A stretch of DNA of 64,000 bases from Hypanus sabinus (Eukaryota). How positions within the stretch are numbered: the first letter of the stretch is position 1; each line of letters begins with the position of its first letter. This document shows positions 1 to 10,830 of the stretch, piece by piece. The notes under the pieces are model-generated. The model worked only from the letters and a program-made list of their open reading frames with translations, ran no database searches and was not told the DNA's origin. Made by a program: the position numbers and the translations under genes. The stretch is from positions 28,892,001 to 28,956,000 of the forward strand of contig NC_082731.1 in NCBI RefSeq assembly GCF_030144855.1, written 5' to 3'.

Positions 1-40
1 ACAGTGCATCTACTTCCTCAGGAGTCTGTGGAGATTTGGC

Positions 41-640
41 ATGATGTCTAAAATCTTGATAAACTTCTATAGAATTGTAGTGGAAAGTGTATTGACTGGC
101 TGTATTATCGCCTGGTATGGGAACAGCAATGCCTTTGAATGGAAAATACTGCAAACAATAGTGGATTCAGCCCAGTACATAATGGGTAAAGCACTCTCAA
201 CCATTGAGCACATCTACATGAAATGCTGTCGTAAGAAAGCTGCATCTATCATCAAAGATCCTCACCACCCAGGCCCTGCTCTTTTCTCACTGCTACCATC
301 AAGCAGATGGAACAAGAGCCTCAGGACTCACAACACCAGTTTCAAGAACAGTTACTACCCTCAACCATCCGGCTCTTGAATAAAAGAGGATAATTATGCT
401 CATCTATTGAGATGTTCCCATAAACAATGATCTCACTTTAAGGACTCTTTACCTTGTTATTTATTGCAATTTATTTAGGGTTGCAATTCACCAGTTTATT
501 GTCTTCTATGCTCTTGCTGTTTCATTGATCCTGTTTACAGTTACTATTCTATAGATTTGCTGAGTATGCCCACAAGCAAATGAATCTCAGAGTTGTATGT
601 GGTGACATATATGTACCCTGATAATAAATTTTACTTTGAA
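41..640 (+). mobile_element. 3' end of a Rex1/Babar-like non-LTR retrotransposon (degenerate ORF2 C-terminus and tail)
   Basis: ORF 41-379 (FYR..VESVLTGCI.AWYG...IIKDPHHPG..LFSLLPS..R..SLRT..T.F.NS..P) is the typical C-terminus of this LINE family. The same motif recurs at ~10.5, 12.5, 35.0, 39.0 and 59.7 kb. Confidence 0.7.
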
Positions 641-1211
641 TTTTCAGACTTCAAATGAAGGTTTTCCAATGTTGGGGAGCTTTAGGAATTGTAGGCTAAA
701 AGTGACCATTCCCTTCCAACATCACCCAAACAGACTGATTGTCATGTTGTAGTTCAGCTTGTGGACAAGTGACACACTGCAGGAGTACTTGCTGGGTTGG
801 GAAAGGCCCTGGGATGTTCTGGGGTTGTAGAAGCCAATGAAAAACAAATTGTTTTCATCAAAATAGGAAAGGTACGTTGCATCCGGAGTTTCTCCGGTCA
901 CTGGATGATTTCTGGATGATTTCCCTCCAGGATGGATTTATATTCAGGAAACAGCGTAGTTGCCAGAAATCAGATTGACAGAGTCTGGTGAAGGGTCACT
1001 GTTGTGAAACATTAACTCTGTTTCTCACCCCACAGATGTTCCCTGAGCTGCTCAGTGTTGGCAGTGCAGGAGGCACAATATTGTCAGTCAGTGAGATTTG
1101 CAGCTGAGGATCTTTTACATCCCGGGACCAGCAGGTGGTAAGTACAGTTCTGTCTGGATCAGAGTTCCTCTGGGTCTTTATAAAAACACCCATCAAACTG
1201 ACAGCAGGTTG

Positions 1212-1633
1212 CTGGGGTGAAGAGGGGAACTGGATCTGGGTGGGTCACGGGGTGCTGGGGTGAAGAGGGTAACTGAATCTGGGTGGGGCATGGTGTGCTG
1301 GGGTGAAGAGGGGAACTATATCTGGGTGGGTCACGGGGTGCTGGGATGAAGAGGGCAACTGGATCTGGGTGGGTCACAGGGTGCTGGGGTGAAGAGGGGA
1401 ACTGGATCTGGGTGGGTCACAGGGTGCTGGGGTGAAGAGGGGAACTGGATCTGGGTGGGTCACAGGGTGCTGGGGTGAAGAGGGGAACTGGATCTGGGTG
1501 GGTCACAGGGTGCTGGGATGGAGGGGAACTGGATCTGGTTGGGTCACAGGGTGCTGGGGTGAAGAGGGGAACTGGATCTGGGTGGGTCACAGGGTGCTGG
1601 AGTGGAGGGGAACTGGATCTGGGTGGGTCACAG
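1212..1633 (+). repeat. 43-bp G-rich minisatellite, ~10 copies, in the presumptive J-C intron
   Basis: Unit CTGGGGTGAAGAGGGGAACTGGATCTGGGTGGGTCACAGGGTG starts at 1212, 1255, 1298 and so on at 43-bp spacing. Confidence 0.95.
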
Positions 1634-1879
1634 GAGCTGCGTATTTGGACAAAACGATCGATGGTGAATCAGCAGATTGGTGGAGGTTCAGTCTGATTTC
1701 AGTCTGTATTGTAGTAAGTGGATAGAACATCGGGGAATATGAACAACAGATGGGCAATTTTATTTATTCATTTGTTTTTTGGAATCTGGGCTTTGCCGGT
1801 AAAGTCTGAGTGAATTACACATCTGAGCTGTCATTCAGAGGGCTTTTGGAGATAAACACATTGATAGGTCATAAATAGG

Positions 1880-2450
1880 CTCATAAAACACATAGAACAT
1901 GGAAGATAGAAAACCTACAGCACAATACAGGCCCTGTGGCACTCAAAGTTGTGCCGAACATGTCCCAACCTTAGAAATTAAGAACTAGGCTTACACATGG
2001 CCCTCTATTTTTCTGAGCTCCATGTACCTATCCAAAGGTCTCTTAAAAGACCCTATTGTATCCGCCTCCACCACCATTGCCGGCAGCCCATTCCACGCAC
2101 TCACCACTCTCTGAGTAAAAAACTTACCCCTGGCATCTCTTCTGTACCTACTCCCCAGCAGCTTAAACCTGTGTCCTCTTGTTGCAACCATTTCAGCCCT
2201 GGGAAAAAGCCTCTGACACGATCAATGCCTCTCATCTTTTTCACCTCTATCATCCTCCATCGCCCCAAGGAGAAAAGGCCAAGTTCACTCAACCTATCCT
2301 CATAAGGCATGTTCCCAATCCAGGAACCATCCTTGTAAATCTTCTCTGCACCCTTTCTATGGCTTCCACATCCTTCCTGTAGTGAGGCGACCAGAACTGA
2401 GCACAGTGCTCCAAGTGGGGTCTGACCAGGGTCCTATATAGCTGCAAAGG
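1880..2450 (-). mobile_element. CR1 LINE 3' fragment
   Basis: Minus-strand peptides [13 protein letters not shown] and TRGHRFK...FFTQRVVSAWNGLP match the CR1 ORF2 C-terminus. Confidence 0.8.
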
Positions 2451-3173
2451 GTAAGGATGGTGAGGATGAGAGATCTCCTTCCCTGAGGGACATCAGTAAA
2501 ACCGAAGGGTCATCATTACTAATGACTGGATTTAAAAACAACACCAATTATTAAGATGTTGGAAATCTGACCACAGATCCAAATCTGTCGCAGATTATGA
2601 TGAACTGAGTTTAGATTTGTCAGTTTTTTTGTGGTGGTATCCGTGGACTGTTCATGCATCCCTCTGCACTACTCATCTGCTTTGATGTACTGCCCTGTTT
2701 CCCATCACTCCGAATCCAACCTTGTGCCTGTCCATTGGATCACTGTGTCCACGGTGCCCTGGACAATATTTCTCCTTCAATAACATCTCCAGAACAGACT
2801 CTGATCATTCTCCCCTTGCAGTTTGTGGATTCTGCTGTGTGCAGAGTGGCTCCACATTCCCGACTCTACAACAGGGCTGGACTTTGAAACTACTTCATTG
2901 CCTGTGAAGAGCTCGGGGACACCATGAAAGGTGTCTGTAAATGTCAGCACTTTATCTCGCAACCACTTTTACTGAATCACCAGCAATACTGGTTAATGTA
3001 GGAAAACACTTGTAAAACAAACCCAGTCGAGGGATGGAGGAGGGCAAGAAGTTAGAGCAGTTGCTCTGTCTGTCAACTGAGAATAAGCAGTTCATTTGAA
3101 AAGCGAAGTTCAACTCGTGTCCCGTGAGCGTGTGATGGGACAGGTTGGGGGAAGCTTCACTCTGTGTCTAACC

Positions 3174-3977
3174 CAGGGGTGGGCAAACTTTTTGACTTGA
3201 GGGCCACAAAGGGTTCTAAAATTTGACAGGGGGGCCGGACCAGGAGCAGATGGACGGAGTGTTTTGGTAATACACCTCATAAGAGAAAATAAAATATCAT
3301 GGGATATGTAGAAAACATGTGCTTTAATTTCAATTGAAAATGAACAAATGCATTACAACAAAGTATCTGTCTTTGAAGTCCCATGGTATTTAGCTATTTA
3401 TTGAAATGTCTTTTAAAATACTGAAAATTAAATGAATAAAATACAGCTTTTTTTTAATAGTAACAGTTATTATTTTAAAGCACTGAAAATTCTGTTATCC
3501 TTCAAGATATTATCATCATCACTCTCCTCCTGACTGTCTTTATTTCAAAAACGGTAGGAGATGCAGGTCTACTTGTCCTGCTCCTTCTTATTCAATTGTC
3601 CCCTGTGCCAAAACTCAACAACAACCCGCACAATGACAGAACAGTGAGAGCGCGCCAATATGCGGAGCTCTGTGCTCGCAAATCCCCGCAGGCTATCTCC
3701 CTTAGCCGGAACGCTCGCTAATTGTGAGCCGGTTCGGATGTGCCAGGAAATGGGTCGCCACAAGGTCACAAAGTAAAGCGCAAATGTGTGGAGTAATACG
3801 CTGCACCTCAACAAAGGTCAATGTATATAGAGTGCGTCATCTATTGGGAAAACGCTAGAATTGCGGGAAAAAAATGTTAACAAGGTTTATTAATATAATT
3901 TCATCAAGTTCTGCGGGCTGGATTAAAAAGCTTAACGGGCCGCATATGGCCCGCGGGCCGTAGTTTGCCCCTGCCTG
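3174..3977. mobile_element. Non-autonomous hAT (Charlie-like) DNA transposon / MITE, 804 bp
   Basis: Imperfect TIRs CAGGGGTGGGCAAACT ... AGTTTGCCCCTGCCTG. Perfect 8-bp TSD GTCTAACC at 3166-3173 and 3978-3985. Confidence 0.9.
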
Positions 3978-5241
3978 GTCTAACCTCTGCTGCCTCTGCC
4001 CTGGGAGGGATGGGGCAGTGCAGAAGAATCTTTCTGTTTAATCCGTGGCTGCCAGGACAGGACATGCGAGCTGTAATCTGCATTTAACTCATGCTCTGTG
4101 TATCCTTGGGTGATTGTTGGAATCCCTTTGAGGAAGAATTCCCCAGATTGACAAGATAAATACTGATTCCAGTGAATGACTGAGCAGAGAGTGAGGCCAT
4201 TCATCCGATAGTGTCTGTGCTTCCCTTTAGCTGAGCAAACCCAATAAACCCATTGGTCTCTCTGCTCTTCCCTGTATCCCTACAAAAGGCGGATCTCCTG
4301 TTCCCTCTCTACACTCACTATTGGCCACCACCATCATTCAGGCGGTGTGTTTCAGATCATAAACGTTCATCAACAAACCTTCCCTTAAATGCTCGCCTAC
4401 TACACATTATTGACTTGAACGCTTCCCTCCCCACCCCACCTGCACCACTCCCCCCTCCCCCGCCCACCAATGCAAGGCTGCCCGGAATGTGTGATGGAAT
4501 TGTGATTTCAATTCCCTGCCTTACCTTTCCTGCACCACTTCCCCACTGCCTTCTCACTCCAAAATTCTTCCCCACCGTACCCCACCTCCTCACCCGTCAG
4601 GGAATAAAACTAAAACCTTTATACCATCAATTAATCCTGGGTTATCGCCGATACTTTTGCTGTATCCCGGGATGGACCTCAGGCCGGACATTACATGATG
4701 GGACTGACACCCACCTGTACCCTGGGGATATTGAGCCATCAACCAGATCATACCGGTGTAACCATTCCCTCAGATTATGTCTCAATCCCATTACCTTCAA
4801 CATGAAAGCAGTCGACAGTAAACCCGATCCCAATAACTTGACACTGAACAGATCCATTGTTGTCACTGACAGGGAACGAGTTTAACTGCACTGAAACGCT
4901 CAGCCCCTGAACGTGGCTTCAGTTGGTGCTGAGGATCAGAAGCCAGACCTGAACCAAACACTGAGCTCACTCAGCACAACCGGCCGATGTCAAGGCTCAG
5001 TCTGGTGACAAGATCCGACCCCATTCCCCTGAGCCTGTTCCCGGTCTGTGGACAGTTCACTGGTGGGGTGGGGTATGTACCCTTGTACTGTTACTGGGCT
5101 CTAGAGAAACCCGCCGGTTCGGGGAGATTCATGTACTCGCTCTAAATATCTCACTGATTTCAGGTGAATCACGGAATTCGCCAAAACCGTCAATAAATAG
5201 AATACTATTGCGTGAAGATACAATTGAGAAGTTGGTCTTAC

Positions 5242-5289
5242 CTGAAGTCACTGTCAGCGAGGTTCCTCCGCCCCAGTAGTCACGATAGT
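5242..5289 (-). CDS. IGHJ: Immunoglobulin heavy-chain J segment (IgW-like), YRDYWGGGTSLTVTS
   Basis: WGxG motif, preceded by heptamer CACTGTG and followed by phase-1 donor G|GTAAG (GT at 5241-5240). Confidence 0.93.
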
Positions 5290-5328
5290 CACAGTGCCCC
5301 GTCTCCCCGTTCACCCAGTGCAGTAACT
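5290..5328 (+). promoter_or_regulatory. 23-bp-spacer RSS of JH
   Basis: Read away from J: CACAGTG (5290-5296), 23 nt (5297-5319), GCAGTAACT (5320-5328). The nonamer matches ACAAAAACC at 5/9 positions. Confidence 0.8.
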
Positions 5329-5664
5329 TCACTTGCCCGTCACATCCAATAATCTCAGCAAAATGTCAACATGATCCCTGTCCGGACCGGGAGCAGCCGC
5401 TTCCTGGATTTCCATCCCAAACTCCCTCCTTGTCTCTTCCTGGCGTGTGATTAAAAGAGACATTTCCACAGTTTTCCTGTCTGCGGACACCGGCTCCCGC
5501 CATCACCCAGAATCAGAGTCGAATCCTTTTTGGGCTTTTAATTGTCCAGAAATGGACATTTACACCCAGCAGTCCGAGTCGGGCTTCAGGGATTTGACTC
5601 TGGGAAACAGCAATGCGGAATCCGTGGAGACAGACTGCGCTGCAGACGCTCCTTTATCGGGACC

Positions 5665-5692
5665 AGTTTCTGTCCAGCTCCCCATCACCGTG
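5665..5692 (-). promoter_or_regulatory. 12-bp-spacer RSS at the 3' end of the V-D unit
   Basis: CACGGTG (5692-5686), ATGGGGAGCTGG (12 nt), ACAGAAACT (5673-5665; 7/9 match to ACAAAAACC). Confidence 0.9.
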
Positions 5693-6007
5693 CTCCATCC
5701 CACCCAGTTCTCGCACAGTAATAGGTCGCCGTGTCGTCCAGTCTCAGGTTGGTTATTTGCAGATAAAAGTTGCTGCTGTCCTTGGAAGCGGTGAACCGGC
5801 TCTGGACTCCAGGCGCGTAATAGTTAGTGAAACTTTCTGATTTATAAGCTAGCAGCCACTTCAGCCCTTTCCCGGGGACCTGTTTCACCCAGTTCATTTC
5901 GGCACTGCTGATATCGAACCCACTGACTTCACAGGTCAGTGTGTGAGACTGTCCGGGCTGTCCCACCGCTGACTCGGGCTGTGTCAGCACGTCGTCGGAC
6001 CGCACGC
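5693..6007 (-). CDS. IGHV: IgW-type VH exon fused to 16 nt of D-like sequence (germline-joined V-D)
   Basis: Acceptor TTTTTTATTGACAG|. Open frame GVRS-DDVLTQPESAVGQPGQSHTLTCEVSGFDISSAEMNWVKQVPGKGLKWLL...YAPGVQSRFTASKDSSNFYLQITNLRLDDTATYYCAR-TGWDG with intact Cys23, Trp41 and Cys104. WVKQVPGKGL.WLL and YAPGV..RFT resemble elasmobranch IgW V (recalled similarity, not a database search). Confidence 0.92.
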
Positions 6008-6116
6008 CTGTCAATAAAAAAGAGCAGAAATTAATAAAATGTTTCACGGGCAGAGGTTCACAAAGCCTCCGAGAAACAGCCGGTCCCGGGTGGGCGACGA
6101 GCCGCGGGACACCCAC

Positions 6117-6162
6117 CTGCCAGACAAGACAGGAGGAGACAGAGATAAGGAACGACCCCCAT
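6117..6162 (-). CDS. IGHV: Leader (signal peptide) exon of the IgW-like V gene, MGVVPYLCLLLSCLA(G)
   Basis: ATG at 6162, hydrophobic core, phase-1 donor G|GTGGGT. A 109-nt intron (6008-6116) splices in frame to GVRS. Confidence 0.9.
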
Positions 6163-6249
6163 CGCCCTGATCACTGAGCCGGTCTTGGACCTGTTGAGAT
6201 CGGCGGCTTCAGCTCAGGCCGGCTTTGTCCGGAGCCGCAGTGAGCGCTG

Positions 6250-6257
6250 TTTAAATA
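6250..6257 (-). promoter_or_regulatory. TATA box of the VH promoter
   Basis: TATTTAAA on the minus strand ~90 nt upstream of the leader ATG. No ATGCAAAT octamer seen nearby, as expected for elasmobranch IgH promoters. Confidence 0.6.
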
Positions 6258-6507
6258 GGGACGTGGGCTGTGAGTGAGAGAGGGAGCCGCGGTTTGAACA
6301 GGCTCTCACACACTGAAACCAGAGGCGCAGCTTCCTGTCCCCGCCCACAGCAGCGATTTCAATTCCCCAAAAGATGTTTGTCTCTGCAACAGGCGGCAGT
6401 GACCAGATCCGGATTAAAGATCTGTCACACTCTGCTCGATTCATCAGTTTCAGCAATGAACAGTTTGTGTAAACTGAAACACACAGAATCCCAGCGAGAG
6501 AGAATCA

Positions 6508-6834
6508 GAGACACCAGTCAGTGGACAGATATCCCCCTGAGAGACAGGGACTGAGAGTCACCAGTCAGTGGACAGATATCCCTCTGAGAGACATGGACTG
6601 AGAGATACCAGTCAGTGGACAGATAACCCTCTGAGAGACACCGGTCAGTGGACAGATATCTCCCTGAGAGACACCAGTCAGTGGACAGATATCCCCCTGA
6701 GAGACGGGGCATGAGAGACACCAGTCAGTGGACAGATATCCCCCTGAGAGACAGGGACTGAGAGACACCAGTCAGTGGACAGATATCCCCCTGAGAGACA
6801 GGGACTGAGAGACACCAGTCAATGGACAGATATC
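6508..6834. repeat. 47/33-bp minisatellite, ~8 copies, upstream of the VH promoter
   Basis: Core CCAGTCAGTGGACAGATATCCCCCTGAGAGAC repeated 8 times, with or without the AGGGACTGAG(AGAC) linker. Confidence 0.93.
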
Positions 6835-8049
6835 ATGACACCAATCAAAATGGTGAATCATTATATTTCCCATCCAAGAGGATCACAACCTTGCTGTAGG
6901 GTTTGGAGGCTTGAGTGCCTCAGTGACCCAGAGATCTGTGTTGGTTTGAGTTTTATGTTGCCTTGTGCTTTAGCTCTAGGTAGGGACACCCATGCCAAAC
7001 AGGTCAAAGGGTAGAGGTCAGACAAAGAGTGGTCCACCATTCCACCAGGTTCGGAGTTTCAGGGTTAGTGAACCTGACCAGGCAAAAAGAAAAATTGTTA
7101 TTGTTATGAGACGCTCCCAACCACGCCAGCTTCCAGGATTTAGACTCTCTAACTCTCTGGAGTACAGATAGCTAGTTGCAGCCCCTTTAAGGTTCAGGAT
7201 GATCCCGCTAAATGGGGATGGGCCCGAAGAATTGAGTATTTAAAGAACATCTGAACCGATGTTGGGTGATGATTTGTAACCTTACTCATTATATCATCTG
7301 GTTTTTGTTTTGTGCTCAGCAGAAGAGAAGAATGCCCTTAACTCCTGATGGAGTCATCGGGGTGCCCTCATGACAAGCTTTTTGCACTGATCTTTTTATG
7401 GTTGCTCATCATGTGACATTTCTGGAGCATTTAACAGTTTTTTTACAAGTTCGAGTTGTTAGCTCAACGCTCAACTCAGAATGGATGGAAAGCATGCAAG
7501 GAAGCTGGCTGGATTAGTCCAGTGCTGATGCCACTACGCCACCAGCCAGCCTATCGTGCTCAGTTCTCAATCCATTTTGATACTGTGTCTTAATCCTTGA
7601 CATGGATACTCCAGCATTTGGGTCCAAACTGTCCTTGTCAAGGGCTCTCTTCACAGTTATGGAAACAGCAATGAAGAATCCTTCTACATCTGAGTGTGAT
7701 AGTATTCCCCAGTCACCACCCGGGACTTGCATGGCTGACAGTAGTGAAAACTGACAGGAAGCTACTGGCATGGTGAAGGGAGCCATGCACTTCACCAAGA
7801 CCAAGAGAAAAAATGTTTTTTTGGAATGTACAAACCATGTACAGCACTGGCAAGCTCACACAGATAACCACAGTAATGAGTCAGTATGGCCAACACACAA
7901 TGGGGTTAGTGAAAGTAGATGCACACGGTCTGGCAGACTAAAGGCAGCAACTGGTGAAAGAGTTTTATATTCAGGAAGGGAAAACATCAGCGTCTTGATG
8001 GTGTAGCTGTCATTTTGAGGGAAGGCATTGAGAAGTGCCCGCTGGAGTG

Positions 8050-9690
8050 AAAACCAATCAACAGTCGGCTGGTGAGAGTCAGGCTGAGAGTGAAGCAAGT
8101 GAACATGACTGTGATCCAGTGCTATGCTCCAAGTAACAGTAGTGACATTGAAGAAAAGGACATCTACAGACAGCAGAGGTAGAGTTAACACCACGCCATG
8201 ACATAATCATCATCATGGGAGATCTAAATGGCAAAGTGGGAAATAACAACTCGGACTTCACTCAGGTCATGTGCATGCAAGGATGTGGAACAATGAATAA
8301 CAACGGTGAAAGACGGGTGGAATTCTGTGCCATGAACAGTCTGGTCACAGGAGGGACCCTGTTTCCACACCATGGAATCCACACACTGACTTGTTGCTCA
8401 CCCAGTAGAAGTGACAAGATCTAGATTAACCATTTGATGATCAATGGTACATGGAGACGACCCTTGCCGGGTGTAAAGGTGAAGAGAGGAGTAGATAGAG
8501 GATATAACCACCACCTTGCTGTAGCAGTGATGAAACTCAAGTTGAGAAACACTGGGACCACAGCACATGTACAAAGACGTTTTGATGTTGAGAAGCTCAA
8601 GGACACCAGTGTGAGATCTACTGTCACCATTAAACTTAAGAACAGATTTCAGGCTTTGGCGACGATGTGTCAGTGACAAGATCAACACTATGTGGAAACA
8701 GATTGCGTCAGTGTTCATCGAGAGCAGTGAGGCTTGTCTACATTACAGAGCTGGAAAGGAAAACAAAGAATAGATACAGCAGGAAACATGGACAACCTTA
8801 TACAAAAGAAGGAAAATTAGGAAGAAAATGTTCAATGCAGAGTAAACACGAATTAAGGTGAAACTTGCATTGGAATTCACTGAAGCTAGCAAGAAAGTGA
8901 AGAGCTAAGGATGGATAAGAGAGTCTACATGGAAGACCTTGCAGTGGTGGCCACAGCAGTGCCAGTTAACGTGATCAGGAAAATATATACAAGATTTCAA
9001 AATTAGTATGCAGAAATTTCCAAGCCAGATCCAGTAGCCCCATGAGAGGTAAGAATGCTCTGCTTTTGACAAGAGCACAAAGCACGATGGACAGGGTATT
9101 TCAGAGATTTACTAGTCAGAGAGGACCTCAACATCAACACAGATCCAGCCAAGAAAGAAGAGATTGTTACTGTGATTAATACATTAAGAAACAGCAAAGC
9201 TCCAGAATATGACAATTTGAAAGTTGAACTGCTCAAAGCTGAACCAAAAGTTACCACAGTCATCCTGCATCCACTGTTTACTATAATCTGGGAAACGGGA
9301 CAATTGCCCAAGGACTGGACAAAGGGAGTTAGGATCTCCAAGAAAGGAGCACTGAGTGATTGCAACAACTGATGCGGCATCATACTCTTGTCTCACCAAA
9401 GTCATTGTCCAACGGATTACAGATGCTGTAGATGTTTGCTTGAAGGAGCAAGTTGGCTTCAGGAAGAATAGAGGCTCTGTTAACCGGATCTTCATGCTGC
9501 GTTATATCATAGAGCAGTGCACAGAGTGGTAGAGACAACTGTACATAAATTTCATGGACTTTGAAAAGGCTTTTGATAGCATCCACGGGGCCAGCCTCTG
9601 CCAAATTCTCAGATCATACGGGATCCCTTCCAAAATTGTCCAGCATATCTTGAGTTTGTTTGGTAATTTCACATTTGGAGCAGGTAAAGT
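8050..9690 (+). mobile_element. RTE-clade LINE, degenerate endonuclease and RT; probably extends back to ~6.9 kb
   Basis: Peptides IIMGDLNGKVG, NNNGERRVEFCAMNSLV.GGTLFPH, KAP..DNL..ELLK, QLPKDWTKG, EQVGFRKNR, FMDFEKAFDSI. Many stops and frameshifts. Confidence 0.8.
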
Positions 9691-10259
9691 TATAGTCATT
9701 GCATTACAGGAATGATGTGGCTGCTTTGGAGAGGGTGAAAAGTAGATTCAGTCGAGTGTTGTTTGCATTGGAGCATATTTCCTGTAAGGAGAGTTTGGAT
9801 AAACTTGGACTGTTTTTGCTGGAGCATTGGACACTGTGGGATGGACTGACAGGAGTATGTAAATTTATGAGGAGCATAGATAGTCACAGACTTTTTCTAG
9901 AGTAGAAATGTCAAACGCCAGAGGGCAGAGGTTTCAGATAATGGGAAAAGTATAAATGAGATTTATGAGGCAAAATTGTGGACACACTGGGCAATTTTTC
10001 CCTTTCTTGTGCAGATATCTGTACTGGAGAAGTTTAGTTGGAACCATGAGTATAATGGTATTGGGCCAGAGCACAAATTTCCTGCTTGCAGCATAAATAA
10101 ACACCACCTTCAATCTGAGCCAATCTCTGTTTTCTTCCCATAGAACCCAAGATTTAAGTTTGTTTCAAGTCAGCTTTATATTGTCACTTCCCAGAGGACA
10201 GATGTCTCCATACTTGCATGGACCCTTTCTTCCTTCAGACTTTCAGTCCCATTAGTCAA

Positions 10260-10830
10260 TCCTCTTCAGAATTAGAATCAGAATTAGGTTCATTATCACC
10301 GGTATGACACATGAAATTTGTTAATATAGCGGCAGCAGTTCAATGCAATACATAATATAGAAGAAAAAAACCCAAAATAAAATAATAATAATAGTAAATA
10401 AATAAGTAAATTATTTACAATATATGTATATTGAATAGATCAAAATCATGCAAAAAACCAGAAATAATATATTTTAGAAAGTGACCGAGTGTCTAAGGTT
10501 TCATTGGCCATATAGGAATCAGATGGCAGAGGGGAAGAAGCTGTTTCTGAATTGCTGGGTGTGTGCCTTCAGGCTTCTGTACCTCTTACCTGATGGTAAC
10601 AGTGAGAAAAGAGCATGCCCTGGGTGCTGGAGGTCCTTAATAATGCACACTGCCTTTCTGAGACACTGCTCCTTGAAGAGGCCCTGGATACTTTGTAGGC
10701 TCATACCCAAAAGGAAGCCAACTAAATTTGCAACCCTCTGCAGCTTCTTTCAATCCTGTGCAGTAGCCCCTACCATCCCCCCCCCCAATACCAGACAGTG
10801 ATGCAACCTGTCAGAATATTCTCCACTGTA
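10260..10830 (-). mobile_element. Rex1/Babar-like LINE 3' end
   Basis: IIKDLQHPGHALFSLLPSGKRYRSLKAHTQQFRNSFFP on the minus strand. Confidence 0.75.

Noticed and set aside
1159-1725. ORFs across the 43-bp array, and CRISPR-like interpretation of the tandem arrays (also 6.5 kb and 17.0 kb)
   Set aside because: The ORFs are translations of a stop-poor repeat. The arrays lack unique spacers and the context is eukaryotic.
4253-4885. 210-aa plus-strand ORF
   Set aside because: Non-ATG start, low-complexity proline tract, no recognisable domain and no splice structure. It is antisense within the Ig intron.
1-5200. IgW constant-region exons
   Set aside because: No C1-set motifs (e.g. GCL..DY.P, W..G) found in any minus-strand frame. 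They presumably lie beyond the left edge.
5685-6116. 143-aa ORF taken as a single-exon protein
   Set aside because: Its N-terminus is the translated leader intron. The true structure is leader exon, 109-nt intron and V exon.
5242-6162. Alternative identity as TCR-delta-associated Ig-like V, IgNAR or IgM
   Set aside because: The J has WGxG rather than FGxG, the V keeps a conventional CDR2/FR2 (unlike IgNAR), and leader and framework motifs fit IgW better than IgM. The isotype stays unconfirmed until the C exons are seen.
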